Positions 1 through 12,720 of a stretch of DNA of 64,000 nucleotides are shown here, in pieces. The notes under the pieces are model-generated. The model did no database searches, had not been told where the DNA came from, and saw only the letters and a program-made list of their open reading frames with translations. The position numbers and the translations under genes were made by a program. This DNA comes from Anthoceros angustus. Its lineage: Eukaryota; Plantae; Anthocerotophyta. The stretch is taken from the NCBI GenBank assembly GCA_010909165.1, contig MU008173.1:124001-188000 (forward strand), read 5' to 3'. Every line of letters begins with the position of its first letter. The stretch's first letter is position 1.

Positions 1-1790
1 AATATTATCTGAATGTGTCGATGACATTCTCTCACAATTGAGCGAGTGTGTCTCTTCGGGGATGCATGGAAAATTCTTTGCTGGCGTCTGAGAAGAAGAG
101 CATTGTGAGCGAAATCTGCTGGAAAGTCAATTCTCCAACTTCAAGATGGTTGAGGCGACCATTCAACAACATGTCAACAAGTTGAAAAGCTTGGTTGATC
201 AAATGAGGGAGGAGATCAAACCTTGAGGGTAAGGTGATCACTGTCTTGAGTAGTTTGCCACCATCATGTAGGCAATTTTTGTTGTCTTATAGGGCATCCG
301 TGGCGATGCGTCAAGTGACAATCAACCAACCTTTGATGAGGTGGTTAGATTACTCCTACAAGAGGAGCTTGATGGTTCTTTCCGGACACAAGGCAACGAA
401 GGCTTGGCACTCTTCTCCAAGAAGGGCACATCACGGTGGAAGACCAAGCCAAGTCTCTAGAAGGGACAAAGGATACAGATGCAAAGAGAAAGGTGAAAGG
501 CTTTTGTTATTATTGCAGGAAGCCCAATCACCACGCAAAGGATCAGAAATAAGATTGGCGAGACTTGAAGAAGGAAATCATCCCAAGCTAATCAAGTCGT
601 GAGAAGGACCAAGAACACATCTTCGCGTGCTTCACCGAAAGAGATCAAGCGACTTCATCAAAGAAGGATGAGAGTTTGTACCTTGACTCGGTGCATCCCA
701 AGATTTCGCTTATAACCTTCCTTGGTTCTCAAGCTACGAGGTATTGCGGAGGGCATACGGTGGCGCTTGGTGACAATAGGTCACATGACATCAAGGGAAG
801 AGGAGTGTTACGAGTCCATCTTCCGGAGGACAACACAGTATTAAGGTGCATCATGTGCCTCATCTTGCGAGGAATCTTCTTTCCGCAAAATTGCCGATGC
901 AGTCATGAGGTTGTGTTCAATTCCAAAGGATTTGGATCCAATGAAAGCAGCTGAGTTATCAAATGCTAAAGTGATTGCTAGGGGCGTCCGAAGAGGAAAT
1001 TTGTACAAGTTGTGTGCTTCTGTGGGAAGGCAAACTTGCACCTTTATGGACAGCTCACAAAATAGCATTGGATCTATTGATTTATGGCATCAACGTTTGG
1101 GGCACATTGGTGTCGACAATATCAGGTTGATGAAGAACCAACATATGGTTATAGGCTTGGATTTGAAAGAAGTGGGTGAGCTGCAATTATGCCAAGGGTG
1201 CATAATGGGAAAGCTACACTGAACTAAGCTCCCAAAGATTGCAGCGCGACGAGCAAAGATGGTGCTAGAGTTGGTACACACGGATGTGTGTGGTGCAATG
1301 AAAAATCCCACTCATGGCGGAGCCCGCTACATTCTGGTGTTTGTGGATGATTTCACTAAGAAGACCTGGACATATCTTGTGAAGGAGAAATCCCAGGTAT
1401 TTACACTTTTCAAGGAATGGAAAGCCATAGTGGAGAACGCAAGTGGACTCCGTTTGAAGACTTTGCGTAGTGACAACGGAGGTGAATACATCTCCACTGA
1501 CTTCCAACGCTTTTGCAAGGAGCATGGAATTGGGAGGCAACTAACCATCCCTCACACACCGGAGCAAAATGAAGTGGCGGAGCGCAAACTTAAGAGTCTG
1601 GTGGAGGCAGCTAAATGCATGTTACATCATAGTGGCTTGAAGTACGTGAGGTGTTGTTACAAAGAACCTATGTTTTGAATCGAGTTCCAACCAAAGGTAT
1701 TATTGGAATGACCCCGGAGGAAGTGTGGTCTGGCGTCAAGCCCGACAGAAGCCTTTTGAGGATTTTTGGTTCAGTGATCTATGCTCAATT
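1..1790 (+). mobile_element. Degenerate Ty1/Copia gag-pol remnant (gag, zinc knuckle, protease, GAG-pre-integrase, integrase); 5' part outside window, 3' part lost
   Basis: LSSLPPS gag motif (~245), KGFCYYCRKPNHH knuckle (~495-535), YLDS protease-like start (~676), LWHQRLGHIG (~1080), LELVHTDVCG...LRSDNGGEY...TPEQNEVAER integrase (ORF 1259-1678). Many frameshifts. Confidence 0.9.
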
Positions 1791-2352
1791 CGAGGTACCT
1801 CTTTGAGGAATGATTAGCCCAGCTACAGTTGCTAGCATGAAGCAAGAGGAAATTCATGCTAGATGACAGTGAACTGTCAGGCGGACTGCAATATGCCAGA
1901 GGAAAGATTTGAGTGAGGTTCAGATGTGTTTGAAGCGGACTAGATATCAGGGAAGCAATTTATTGACCTCAGAAAATGAGCATGATCAGGGGAAAGGTTC
2001 CCTGAAATTCTTGCATGAAGCGGAAACTGATTGTGACCACCTGATTGAAGAAAACACTTCTCCTTCGGCAAATGAAGATAGAGCAACTATGGAGATATGG
2101 GAGCGAGGCTACATCCCATGGCAGATTCCCTTGTCGGAACTGCTGAAGACAAGAGTGGCTCGACAAATCTTGAGAGATATCTGTATGAGAAAGGTTTGCA
2201 ACGGGTATCCATTTTGTCGCATTAAGCAATTTGGTCATTGCTCTCATTAAGTGAGACTGAGTAGGTTTCATCTGAGCCATGGCTCTCTATTTGGCTGCTG
2301 ATGCAGCTGCCTTACGTCCCAAAACCTCCTCAAATGCTGGAAGACGCGTATG
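1791..2352 (+). pseudogene. Fragment of CLF/E(z)-like gene (pre-SANT exon and following exon)
   Basis: Aligns by eye to the reverse complement of ~28150-28745 (gttcagatgtgtttgaagcggactagatatcaggg; gatgcagctgccttacgtcccaaaacctcctcaaatgctggaagacg). Confidence 0.8.
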
Positions 2353-2355
2353 AAG

Positions 2356-2561
2356 ATCCCCAGAGCGTGGCCTCGTACTCGGCGCCGTCTGCGTTGTTGA
2401 AGTAGAAGATCTTTGGTGGGCGTTTTGCGAGGATTTGCCCTTGACCACTCGTAAAGGTGAACACCTTCTCGCTGCCTCGTGACCATAGGCGAAGCCCAGA
2501 ATGTGGTCCCAACCACCGATCACCACCGGACCTCCACCCCGGCCGAGTCCGACGTCGACAT
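2356..2561 (-). pseudogene. HSPA12-like copy 1: 5' fragment, cut at its ATG by the Copia insertion
   Basis: Reverse complement matches 59118-59335 (VVIG..GTT..GFAYGH..E.VFTF...YFNN..AEYEATLWG). Upstream sequence continues at 20639-20900. Confidence 0.8.
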
Positions 2562-2760
2562 TATAGAGGTTATGGCTATTAGAGCCCTAGTTAGGGCACG
2601 TTTGAAGATTATACTTTAAACCCATGTTACTATGATATGAATAGGCATCTTAGATTCGCTTTTATAACTACTTTTATATGCTCTTCAAACATTGTCATTG
2701 TTCACTTTTCGGTTCATACACTTTTTGGTTCTCGCTTAGTGAAATCCATGTGCCTTCACA
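2562..2760 (+). repeat. 5' LTR of Copia element
   Basis: t(a)tagaggttatggctattagagccctag...tgccttcaca, near-identical to 20432-20638; followed by the PBS. Confidence 0.9.
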
Positions 2761-2772
2761 TGGTATCGAGCC
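2761..2772 (+). promoter_or_regulatory. Primer binding site (tRNA-iMet type)
   Basis: TGGTATCGAGCC directly after the LTR-terminal CA; matches the TGGTATCAGAGC consensus with one base missing. Confidence 0.85.
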
Positions 2773-3059
2773 ATACAATCTCGATGTCAATTTGTAGCAT
2801 GTTGTTCAAATGCTAACAAAATGGCTAAACACGTAGAATTTACGGGCACATAATTGAAGATTACCCAGTCTACGTAAAGAAACCCTCATCGGGTACAACA
2901 AATTTCTGAGACTGCACCTAGACATTGCAGATGTATTCCAAGATTGGAATCCACCATCAGCACTAGACAAACTAGTTATCAATCCACACGAGCCTTCGAA
3001 TTACAGATAGAGGCCATAGAATCCCGTCAACTCCAGATTTGGGCTTTTCTTCAAAACTT

Positions 3060-3538
3060 TGAGAAGTGTCACCGTCTAGAAGCATCTCAACATCAACATG
3101 GCTGAACGACAACTTAATGTCAAGCTGAAAGCTGTGCGTACAGATGGTGGAGGGGAGTTTGTAGCTGGTGCCTTTGCACATCTGTGCAACTCCCGAGGCA
3201 TAATTATGCAGAGAAGTGTACCTTATTCTCAAGCTCAAAACGGTGTGGCCGAGCGCTGTCATCAATGGCTTGTTGAAGCCGTTCGAGCCATGCTGAACAG
3301 TTCTGGACTGTCTCACAAATATTGGGCAGAAGCTATTTCAACGGCGACTTACATCAAGAACCGACTTCCAACTTCTGCTGTTACTGGTGTCACTCCTTAT
3401 GAGGGCTGGTCTGGTCGCAAACCCAATCTGCTACATCTTCGTATTTTCGGGGCACCTGCATATTCACACATTCCCAAACAACTTCGTCAGAAGCTTGACG
3501 ACAAGGCCAGCAAAATGCTGTTTGTGGGCTATACTGAA
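3060..3538 (+). pseudogene. Copia integrase core (continues at 15829-15930)
   Basis: AVRTDGGGEF...YSQAQNGVAER...YWAEAISTATYIKNRLP...FVGYTE. Removing the insertion restores GYTEGLKGYKLVNPETRVVTYSRSVIIDE. Confidence 0.9.
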
Positions 3539-5169
3539 AACAAGGTCTCCTTAGGACTGGTGACGGCTCCTGGTCACTAGTTGGAAGGGTGGACACCGGG
3601 TCTAAAGGTTCACAAAAGCCACCCAAAACCATGTTTTCCTGATTTCATTAAAAAACCCCATCTAGGAGCAAATCATAGAGGATCTGCTTTTCCGTGTTTG
3701 TATGTCCGCATCTCATATTAGTTTGGCTAACCAGGTGGTACATTGCCTATAAACGCAGATTTGAAAATCGTGGCAATTTTGTATGGACAACCAAAAGGCA
3801 ACGCAATGGAAAGTCCAGTGTTGCATCGGTGTCCACCGTCATGGTCGCCGCCTCTGCATTAGTGGGGAGGGTCGTGGTGGCACCGGACGTTACGTGCATA
3901 AACCTTGCATCTCACGCCCAATGTCGGTAGGAGTGGAGGAAGATTTCGACGCACCGCCATGTCTCAGACACTGCGAGCCGCGACCCCGTCTGCGAATCGT
4001 TTGGAAGTGGCTTGCCACGAATTTTGCAAGCGATGGAGACCCACCTCTCGACAAATTACCATCAAACGAGAATTCCACATGGGCGATGGAAATTGGAAGT
4101 TGGCTGGTGGCAATCACAACATGGGCAGATTCCTTTCAAGCACGCTGGAGTGATCCCGCTTCATTGCTTGGTCCTTAAGGAATTTCGGTTGAGGCGGGGG
4201 TGGCGGTGCAAACTCGCGACGTAACGTGTTGATCAACACCGGATTCCACTCGGGGTTGGGCGGTGTGAATGGTGTGGAGGGCAAAGGGCACGACATGTCC
4301 AGTGTACTTACCGGTGGTCAAGGATAAAATTGGAGAAAGTCATATTGCTACATGTGTGTACCGAGTGTTAGTGCTATATGTGAAAGCGATTGAACATCGT
4401 GTGTTCGTTGATTGTCACATGACATCCATTGTCATCTTCGTACACCGCTTTATCTCGTGGGTTTACAACATACATAGTCTTCCTAGCGGAGATTAGGAGC
4501 TTACATTGTATTGATGCCTGCTCATGAATGGACGCCACGCGCTTTTGAAATCGGTCCGTTGTTTCGTGAAATCCATACCTTGCTGACGTGCAAAGACGCC
4601 CATGATCTCGCTCATCAAACACCCGGCAATCATCGCCGAACACATTCTCGAATCGTCACCACTCCCATGCTTCCTAGCTTGCGTGCTCCACCAACGTGTT
4701 CGTTGTCTAGGTCCGCTCCAGGACCTTGATGTGTTTGTTGTGTTCATAGCCATGCACGTTCTACATGTGCGATACCACCGGCCGTCGCTTAAGACCCACA
4801 CCGGTCCTCCTACCGTAATCCTCGAAACAAACACGTAGCCTATCCATCATCCGACACACCTCGATCCGGAAGCAAAGTTTTCCAATCCTACATCCCCACC
4901 ATCCGGCCAAGCACACCCGGAGGAGGGTGCTCTTCGCCTCCTTCACTTGTTGCCCGCATCCCCAAGGACCATTGAGCCGCAATGCTTCACCACTTGCCAT
5001 ATGACCCTTGGTCTCGGGCTTCCTCGTTGGTCTCGCTTCAACGACACATATGAACCCCGAGCACCACCATGTTGTTCACCATGGGCTCCTTATTGAACGT
5101 CTTTCCGCCTCCATAGCTCCTCGCCCACCTCCTCCTCTTCCGTCGGCCACCGTCCATGGAATTGATTCA

Positions 5170-5790
5170 AGGTCCATGAATTGAGCGCACTGGGATCCAC
5201 ATCATGAAATGACATTACGGCATAATGCTATCATATCCGACCCCGATCCCGCACTCCGCAAGACCCAATCTCCCTCATCAGACATGAATCAACCTCTTCA
5301 AGAGTCTTAGGGGCTTCGATAGGGGAAACAACCCGATCATCCGCAGTGTTGTAACACAATTTTAGTTCCACGCCGTTCGGCAAACACGTTGTCACTCCAC
5401 CGCCAAGTTGCGTCGGTTCTCGAGCACAAAGCGGTTGAGGCACACAATCCTTATCCAAGCTCCTGCGCGCAAGTGAAAAGTCCTCGTGATCATAAATGTC
5501 CTCCGACAATGCCGTCACATTGGTTTTATGCCGAACATGTCGTCACAAGACCGCACGCCCATCAAGACTTCTCTAACCATAGATGTGTCATCCGGAGAAT
5601 GGAAGACCACAATACGAAATACAGGATGTGGTGATGCCTTTGAACGCATGATGACCCCTTCAAACTCGCCTTGGTAAATCTTGTGTCATACTCGTGATTG
5701 GGGATCTAGATCCAAGCCTCGGGAGGTCTAACAACAACAAAGCATACGGTCGGGGCTCTACAAACCGGGCCATGTTCACTATGTTCCAGA
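5170..5790 (-). pseudogene. Degenerate beta-class N4-cytosine/N6-adenine DNA methyltransferase domain
   Basis: PYALLLLDLP-x-GLD (motif IV-like, 5708-5746) precedes KPLRLLKRLIH/SDEGDWVL..AGSGS.MIALCRNVI (motif X/I-like, 5236-5316), i.e. beta order. Frameshifted. Confidence 0.65.
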
Positions 5791-8015
5791 TCCCGACCTT
5801 GCGGGTTTTTCGGCTTGGAGTCGTTCACGATTGTCGCTTATCCTCGTGTGTGGTCGATTTCAAGGCACGTTGCGACTCCTCCATCTCGCCTGTGCCGCCT
5901 TGAATATGTGCTCCTTGAAGTTCTCAGGGGCACCCCACTCAAGGCAAGTGTTGGCCTGCGCACATGAAAGACACATCCCCACCCAAATGCAAGCGGGCGT
6001 TCACTGCTCGAATGTACTTGTGAATGCCTCCACTTTCCATGACTTATAAGGACAAGAAGCGACAAGAGAGAAACTCGATTTGGGTATAGCTAAGTGTTCA
6101 TCGAGGACCCATTTTTTTTGAAGGCGGTGGAAGTTACTAATGATTCACCATGCGAATCGGGATATCGTTCTGAACCTCTTCAAATGTCTCACAGTGCAAA
6201 TGCTTGGCATGTCACATGGATGAGGTTGAGTTTTTGGCCTTGTCCACCCACACGAACATTTGTTTCAATGTCAATTCTCCAGGACTTTCATGCATCTTGT
6301 CTTCAAGTTGTTGTTCCCACCGCATCTCGATGCCGAAACACTTCCATACCCTCACCGTATACTAAGCTCCTTTGTGTCAATGACCAAGTTTGCTCTAACG
6401 TTGTCTTCCTTGAATTCTCGGCCCTCGACTGCTTGGTGTGAGAGCCCGAGCTGCCCACCGCCTGTGCAACGCTTGCCTCCACTTCTCAAAGATTTCATCC
6501 ACGTACTTCCACACCTCATCATCAACCTTCGCAACACAATAATCCAAAGGTCCGGTATCCACGAGGCGGTGATAATGACCGAGGTCCATGCTTGGTCGCA
6601 TCCCACTTAGGAACCCCGCCCGGGCATATATCTCCAACTTCCGCCTCTAAGTCACACTTCACCCATCACTAGCCTCGGCCTTCATCTCGCCTCGATGTAC
6701 CTCACACGGTCGATGAAAGTAAAAGTCTTCCGGCATCCGCAATGGTGTTGTGATCGGTGGCAACTAACCTCATCTCCTCATTTGTGAGGCCAAGAACATA
6801 TGCATCCATCCACCGCATTTCTTGAACCAATGGATACAAGTCGGCTAGTCTAGATCCAAGCCTCGGGAGGTCTAACAACAAAGCATACGGTCGGCTCTAC
6901 AAACCGGGCCATGTTCACTATGTTCCCACGTATCCCGACCTTGCGGGTTTTTCCGGCTTGGAGTCGTTCACGATTGTCATCGCTTATCCTCGTGTGTGGT
7001 CGATTTCAAGGCACGCGACTCCTCCATCGCTTCCAAGCTCGGCCTTGAATATGTGCTCCTTGAAGTTCTCGTAGGGCACCCCACTCAAGGCAAGTGTTGG
7101 CACGCACATGAAAGACACATCCCACAAATGCAAGCGCGTTCTACTGTTCGAATGTACGGTGTGAAGGCCTCCACTTTCCATGACTTATAAGGACAAGAAG
7201 CAGCACAAGAGAGAAACTCTGATTTGGGTATAGCTAAGTGTTCATCGAGGACTGACCAGATTTTTGAAGGCAGGCTGGAAGTTACTAATTTGATTCACCA
7301 TGCAGTAATCGGGATATCGTTCCTGAACCTCTTCAAATGTCTCACAGTGCAAATGCTTGGCCAGTGTAACATGGATGAGGTTGAGTTTTTTGGCCTTGTC
7401 CACCCACACGAACATTTGTTTCAATGTCAATTCTCCAGCCAGGACTTTCATGCATGTTGTCTTCAAGTTGTTGTTCCCAGCTGCAGACTGTTCGATGCCC
7501 TGGAAACACTTCCATACCCTCACTGGTATACTAAGCTCCTTTGTGTCAATGACCAAGTTTGCTCTAACCGCGGCTGTTGTCTTCCTTGAATTCTGCGGCC
7601 TGACTGTGAGAGCCCGAGCTGCTTCCACCGCCGCAACTGCTTGCCTCCACTTCTCAAAGATTTCATCCACGTACTTCCACACCTCATCATCAACCTTCGC
7701 AACACAATAATCCAAAGGTCCTGCTATCCACGAGTGATAGCGACCTTAGGTCCATGCTTGGCTGCATCCCACTTAGGAACCCCGCCACCGGCATATATCT
7801 CCAACTTCATCTAAGTCACACTTCACCCATCACTAGCCCGGCCTTCATCTCGCCTGATGTACCTCACACGGTCGATGAAAGTAAAAGTCTTCCGGCATCC
7901 GCAATGGTGTTGTGATCGGTGGCAACTAACCTCATCTCCTCATTTGTGAGGCCAGAAGAACATATGCATCCATCTGCATTTTGAACCAATGGATACAAGT
8001 CGGCTAGTCTAGATC
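5705..8015. repeat. ~1.15-kb tandem duplication inside the transposon
   Basis: Units 5705-6848 and 6849-8007, each junction carrying TCTAGATC (5705, 6849, 8008). Confidence 0.9.
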
Positions 8016-8250
8016 GCTGGAAGGAATGATTCCCCAATACATAAAATTTGTACACCCCGATCCACCTTATCCATGTCAAAGAAGTTCTTGTTGGGACACC
8101 GGGTCTACAATGACAATCATGGGCAGCACAGCCACCCACGTGGAATGCTTCATCTTTTGCATCAAAGCCTCCACCCAAGCCAGTCTAGCTTACGCCAAAC
8201 CGACATAGTTCTTCCGAGGTCTACAACCGTTGATGGATGCTTTAACGTGG
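7240..8250 (-). pseudogene. ParB/Srx-like domain plus helical region, upstream of the methyltransferase in the same orientation
   Basis: LMQKMK..WVAVLPMIVIVDP...KFYVLGNHS...LVATDHN; ORF 7242-7715 (VDDEVWKYVDEIFEKW). Confidence 0.5.
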
Positions 8251-11200
8251 ACTCCCATACTCTCTTTCCGCAATTGCCTCCCTCGCAACATCTCTCCCAC
8301 GCTGCCGCTAGCTGTCGTCATCCGTGGCTACAAGACCGTCCTTGGCCTTCTCTATGAACTTTGGGAGCTCTTCCGCCCCTCTCGGACATCATGTGCCATC
8401 TGCTGGCCAGCACTTGTTGACCTTCCCACCCGCCGTCCTCCACGATTGCCAAGACTCAATCCCTTCCCTCTTTTTCCTCGATTGTCACCCAAGAATGATC
8501 GACGGCTTGAACCCTTCGCGTGCCATGGATGCAGACCCAAATCCCTTCCGTTGCATCCACCTCCCCCATCGTCATCTTCCACGTCTTCGGGGCCTGGATA
8601 TGATCCACCGGCCTCGGGCCATCGGCGAATGCCATCGCCAAACCCCTCATTGTCCTGGTCCCCACCCGCATCCTCATCTTCGTCTTCGTCGGCTAGAGAG
8701 GTTAGGGTGACATCATCGCAGCCATGGGCTAGGAAAAACCCGCTCGGAGTGTGACTGTTGCTTGGACTCAAGCACCGGACGTCCGTGGCTCGCAACCCTC
8801 TTACCAAGAAGCTTTCATTTCGCAAACTAGTTGTCAAACGTGTCCATGGAATTATATTTTGTGCCACCACCTTTTGTTGCGTTTCACATGATCATGCATA
8901 TCGATGGCGGTTGCCAACCACCGCAGTGCATGGATTTGCTGATCCCATTGGGCACTAGGAGTTGCCATTTGATTTCCACCGCAGATGCCATGCTAGGGGC
9001 CTTCTCGCAACAAGATGCCCTTTCGATGTAAGCAATGCATCATCTCGCACACCTTCTAAACATTGCTGGTGCAAAGCCTTGTGGAAGACACGATGTCCAT
9101 CACCGTGTCGCAATGCCTCCAAAAGTTCTTGCCTTTTCCGCCTCTTGGCACGCCACAATGTCAAAGTTCTTCACCGCAGACCGATACTCTAATCCATTGC
9201 GGGTCCGCAGAAGAGGCTCCTTGTGCTTGAGCGGATCGCAATATGACGACACCGCTCATCCTTCGTGGATCGATCGAAAACAATCGCTCCATTTCTTTTG
9301 GCTGGTGTGGTTCGCATCATCCTCCATCGACACATACAAGAAGAGCAAGTCTTGATTGGGTCATGCCTTCTCCAACTTCTCTTTGTAATGTCAAATGGCG
9401 AGATCATCTTGTACATCCGGTGGATCAAGTCAATATCGGACCGCTTGTAAGGACTACGGAAAGATGCCTTGGTCGGCGGGATGCTCTTGTGGAAAGACCC
9501 GCATCGGTGGCGCATTTGAGTTGTCCTTGGAGTCCGGCCGGGTCTCGTCGCCTCGTTCAAGGCACGTGAGTCTGCTCCCTTCCGCGCCTTTTTTCTCCAC
9601 CGGGCGTCCGCGATTTGTTGGAGTCATTCTTCCGCTTGAGCCCTTGGAGCCATTCAGATGCAACTATGAAAGAAGTGAGATCACGAAGTGTTTAGATTGT
9701 TAAAAGTCGATACACTGCATGAGCCGCAACTTCTCGAACACGGACGTCTGTGCAAGCGGGAGTTGGCGAAGTTGATGCTCATGATTTACCAGCACACGCA
9801 CCTCGAGAGCAACACTGTACCCGATGAGGAGGTCGATGTCCGACATCTGCAGCCTACCGCCCGATGGACAAAGTGCGGGTGAGTGTGAGAACGACCCGTT
9901 TTCTCCGGTCGGCAATCTCTTGCTTTTCCGCCCACACATAAGCTAGATGGAAATACACATCTTCCCGCCAAAGCGAGAATGAATCTATACCATCCGAGAA
10001 AGGGAAGGTGGGGTCATTGCCCATGAAGGAAGACACGGGGCAAGCGACTCTGTAATCAAGCAACTCCTTAAATGCTTTGTCGCCACCGTGTTTTGCCATT
10101 GTCGGCTAATGTGGCAAATGCAAATTTGAGCATATTCTAAGGTATATGCTAGTTATGCCACTAAAATAGTGTTCATGGCATAACGTGGGCACCTAGAGTG
10201 ATTCGGCATCCACCGACTAGCAAAGTACCGCCGCTTCCTACCACCGCAAAGTGGGCACCTCGACTTCATTGCCACATTTAGTGCGAAGGCTTATTTCGCA
10301 AAGCCCGCGATATCGAGCCTGCATCCACTTCTCATCCACCTTGCGCATCCCTCCTCCTCCTCCACGCGCCTCCGGTGAGAGCAATAACGACAGCGGCGAA
10401 GGCGATTTTGCAAATTTCGCCGCGGTCGATGCATGTCATTCCGAACGGGTGGCCATGAGTCCAGACGACTCAATTGTTGATCTGGCCGGATGCCCGCACA
10501 ACCCGCGTCGTAGTTTTAGAGGATGATTCACGCTATGGCGGCCGACAGCATAGTCCTTGAAGAGACACCGGTGAAAGACTCACAACGGTGGAGAGCGATG
10601 GCGATGTGCGTGTTCCGGATATGGAGGGGGAACGGAGGATATGGTTGCCGATGGGGACCTTTTCTGCGATCCTGCACGATGCGAGGCGGAGAGGATCGCA
10701 CAAGAGGAGCTCGCAGGCGCTTAACCGGATGTCCGGTGCTCGACGCAGACGCCGCGACGCAGGCACCGTGTGCCACCACGAGGCGGCACTGCACCATCCA
10801 TCCGGACTTCTTGGATCACATGGCGGCGCATCGCGAAGATGTACCGCGCATTTGGTAAACCGGATAACACCGGACGCCGCCGGATAAGGTCGGCCCTCCG
10901 GCGGATCGTGGGCGGGTCTGTGAATACTATCGAGAATGTGCTACACGGGAACACCGGGCAAGACTCGATGTGGAGAGTGTTGCGAGTCTCGGACTTTGGT
11001 GAGAAGATCCACATTGTTGATTTTGGGCTTGGCTTGGAAACAATATCGCACGGGTGATGGCGGAGTTGCAAGCACCGGGAGTCGTCCAAGAGCTAATGTG
11101 GTCCGTGGTCCCGGATCTTTGTTTGGTGATTGTGATGCCATCCGGTTGGAGTTGCGAGATGATGCCTCGTCAAAAGGTGAGGATCGCAACGAGACCGAGC

Positions 11201-11279
11201 GTTGCTAAGCGAAAGTACCTCCGGCCGAGCTAGAATGGATTTGGTCTTAGAGAAGCATTGTTCCAGGGCCAAGTTGTAT

Positions 11280-12720
11280 TTAAAGCGGCATTGTTGTGAC
11301 AAAAATGTTTAGAGCGTGTTGGCCATTCAAATTGAAGGTGATTCGTAGCATTCTTCCGCATGACAAAAGGAGAGCGAACAGCATTTGCAAGACCATCGGA
11401 TCGATCGAAGACGAAGAGGAGTTGTTGCCCATAGTATGGATAAACCGGATTCCACATGGGAAGAAAGCAGTGTGTGTGAGGGCTTCAGGGTTTTCCGCAT
11501 TGGGTCACTAAGATACAAGAATGCGCAAACCGGTAGTGAAAAATGTTAGATGGACCGTAGGCTACGGTCTCGCAAAGCAGCCAACGCCATATGGATTACA
11601 GTCATGTGGATGGACGTTTTCTTCAAAGGTCATGGAAAGATCGAATCGGAAGTCTTCAACTTGCCGACTCAGACACGAAGAGGAGATCTTCATTGAGTAT
11701 GCCAGTGCATCGTGTGCTCACGTTTATTCTGACTACTTTTGCAAGCTTTGGATGAAGTATTTCCTTAAAATACCACGGTGCAACGGTTTTCGATCTGTCA
11801 TGCGATGACCTAAAGAGGAAAATAAAAAGGCGGTCGGATCACGTACAAGGTGAGATGGCGGTCCTTATTCCAGTGGTCACCGGATGTCCGCCGAACTTTG
11901 GCGCAACCCCATGGCCTCACACCCTTTTCTTGCGAATGAAGGCGGGGCTTGAAACAAACCGTGTGCACATTGTCGACGCCTTATTGTTGCGTGTAAAGAA
12001 TGTGGAGCGCTCGAGTCCACAGAGAACAACAATGTATGAGCGAAAATGGCGCGCACGCAAGTGTTTGCGGCTAAGTTCATTGGTATTGCCATAGATGGTA
12101 TGGACCAAAAAAGCGAGTTGCCCCATTACCGCAGATTGCCAAAGGCGGTTGATTCGGAGCCCTTGTCGGGCTTCACGTTCTAGGTGTGCTGGTGTTCAAC
12201 TACTTGGTGCGCACAGTGTATTTGAGTTTCCGAATGTGAGAAATGATCCGACGGACTGTAGGCCGTGATTCAGACATGTTATCAATACAGGAGGGCCGCT
12301 CCCCTATTCTATACTTGCGGATGGACAACAGCTCAAAACAAGAATCGGAGGTATTGGCATATCCGCCCATGCTTGTGGCGAAGGTATCTTCAAAAAATCA
12401 AGGTGGGGTTTCTTCTGGCCATACCCACGATCGATTGACCAAATGTTTTCGAGGTTCTCGGTTGTGCTAGGGTTGAAGGATGCTTTCACACCGCCGAAAT
12501 GATAGGGTTGCCGGAGCGGGCGTACACCCCATCACCGCAGATTCACATCAAGGAGGTGCGGACTTCAAGACCTATCTATGGCCGAAGGGGATCACCGCAA
12601 CGTATGACTTGCATAATCACGCTTTCAACACCAGTTCAAAATAACAAGGGAGAAGTCGCTATCGAGAGGACGGATCGCTAAGATGCAAGGAGTTTTCAAG
12701 TTCGATCAGGTCACCGGAGG
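11280..12720 (+). pseudogene. Degenerate DDD transposase, Sola-like
   Basis: Cys-rich start (HCCDK), WMDVFFK, YFCKLWMKYF, IAIDGMDQK (~12085-12110), LYLRMDNS (~12307-12333), GHTHD..DQMFSRFS (~12417-12461). Confidence 0.7.

Noticed and set aside
8059-8070. DPPY on the + strand as the methyltransferase catalytic motif
   Set aside because: Wrong strand relative to the SAM-binding motif and overlaps the ParB-like region; treated as chance.
11855-12094. KDZ/Zisupton transposase suggested by MYERK
   Set aside because: Off-frame coincidence; the neighbouring DGMDQ, MDN and GHTH motifs and 4-bp TSD fit a Sola-like enzyme better.
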